From: Podarcis liolepis
Lineage: Eukaryota
Assembly: GCA_965112155.1 (NCBI GenBank)
Contig: OZ218103.1
Strand: one strand, 5' to 3'
DNA length: 64,000 nucleotides
Shown: piece after piece, positions 63,560-64,000 of the stretch
How positions within the stretch are numbered: the first letter of the stretch is position 1
Layout of the letters: every line of letters begins with the position of its first letter
The notes under the pieces: generated by a model
What the model saw: the letters and a program-made list of their open reading frames with translations, nothing else
Told to the model about the DNA's origin: nothing
The model's database searches: none
Translations under genes and position numbers: made by a program

Positions 63560-64000
63560 TAGAGATTGATTATATAACAAAACAAAAAAATCATGATCTG
63601 AGACAGCAACTCTGCTGAATAATTCTCTCTCTCTCAAGGAGCAAAAATACATCTTTGCAGTCCTTTCCAATGTTATCATCTTCCATTTTAGCCAAATATT
63701 TAACATCAACTATCAATTCATACTTCAACTGCAACATTTGCTTAAACCTGTTACCTAGGTGAGCAATTGTTTCATCTACCATAACATTAAATAATGCTGT
63801 GCAAAATTTAGCTGTAGGATCAAGAATGAGGTCATCTGTTCTTTTGCCTAGGGAAAGTTTGCATTTCTTTCTCACATGTTGCTCAGGGAATGTTATCTCC
63901 ACTACTGATGTGGATGGGCCTGGCTTAAGTGGAGAATGGCCCTCTGCCAGTGATTTTGTAGAAAAGAGCATGCTTGCCTATAATGCTGCTGAAAGAAAGC
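63560..64000 (-). mobile_element. Decayed hAT (ZMYM1/Tip100-like) transposase fragment
   Basis: Translation RKKCK...DDLILDPTAKF...FNVMVDETIAHLGNRFKQM resembles the hAT transposase segment upstream of the dimerisation domain. It is frameshifted and runs off the window. Confidence 0.6.

Overview
Vertebrate genomic DNA. The repeats (Sauria/Squam-type SINEs) point to a squamate reptile, probably a lacertid lizard. The window holds the convergent 3' ends of two genes. On the + strand are the last five coding exons of synaptotagmin-2 (SYT2; end of C2A, all of C2B, stop at 7296) and a ~5.4 kb 3' UTR ending near 12.65 kb. On the - strand is the 3' part of PPP1R12B (MYPT2). It includes the internal start exon of the small smooth-muscle subunit (smM20/M21, [11 protein letters not shown]...), a 17-nt microexon, four coiled-coil exons, an alternative C-terminal exon (NLHQLKQ...) and the terminal leucine-zipper exon. 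Spliced together these give a complete 186-aa ORF. The rest is intron, UTR and intergenic DNA with SINEs, LINE fragments (RTE, L2, CR1), hAT and Tc1/mariner MITEs, a hAT transposase relic and microsatellites. I found no wholly new system and no prokaryote-type features. The most interesting observations are: (1) an array of strong cryptic splice acceptors and microexons upstream of the leucine-zipper exon, which would give several zipper-negative C-termini including an 'ACW-stop' 161-aa form; (2) a ~408-bp near-identical direct repeat bracketing a SYT2 exon; (3) a diverged copy of the distal SYT2 3' UTR inside SYT2's last intron; (4) a young CpG-rich hAT MITE carrying CRE and GC-box motifs. 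All coordinates and alignments were done by eye.
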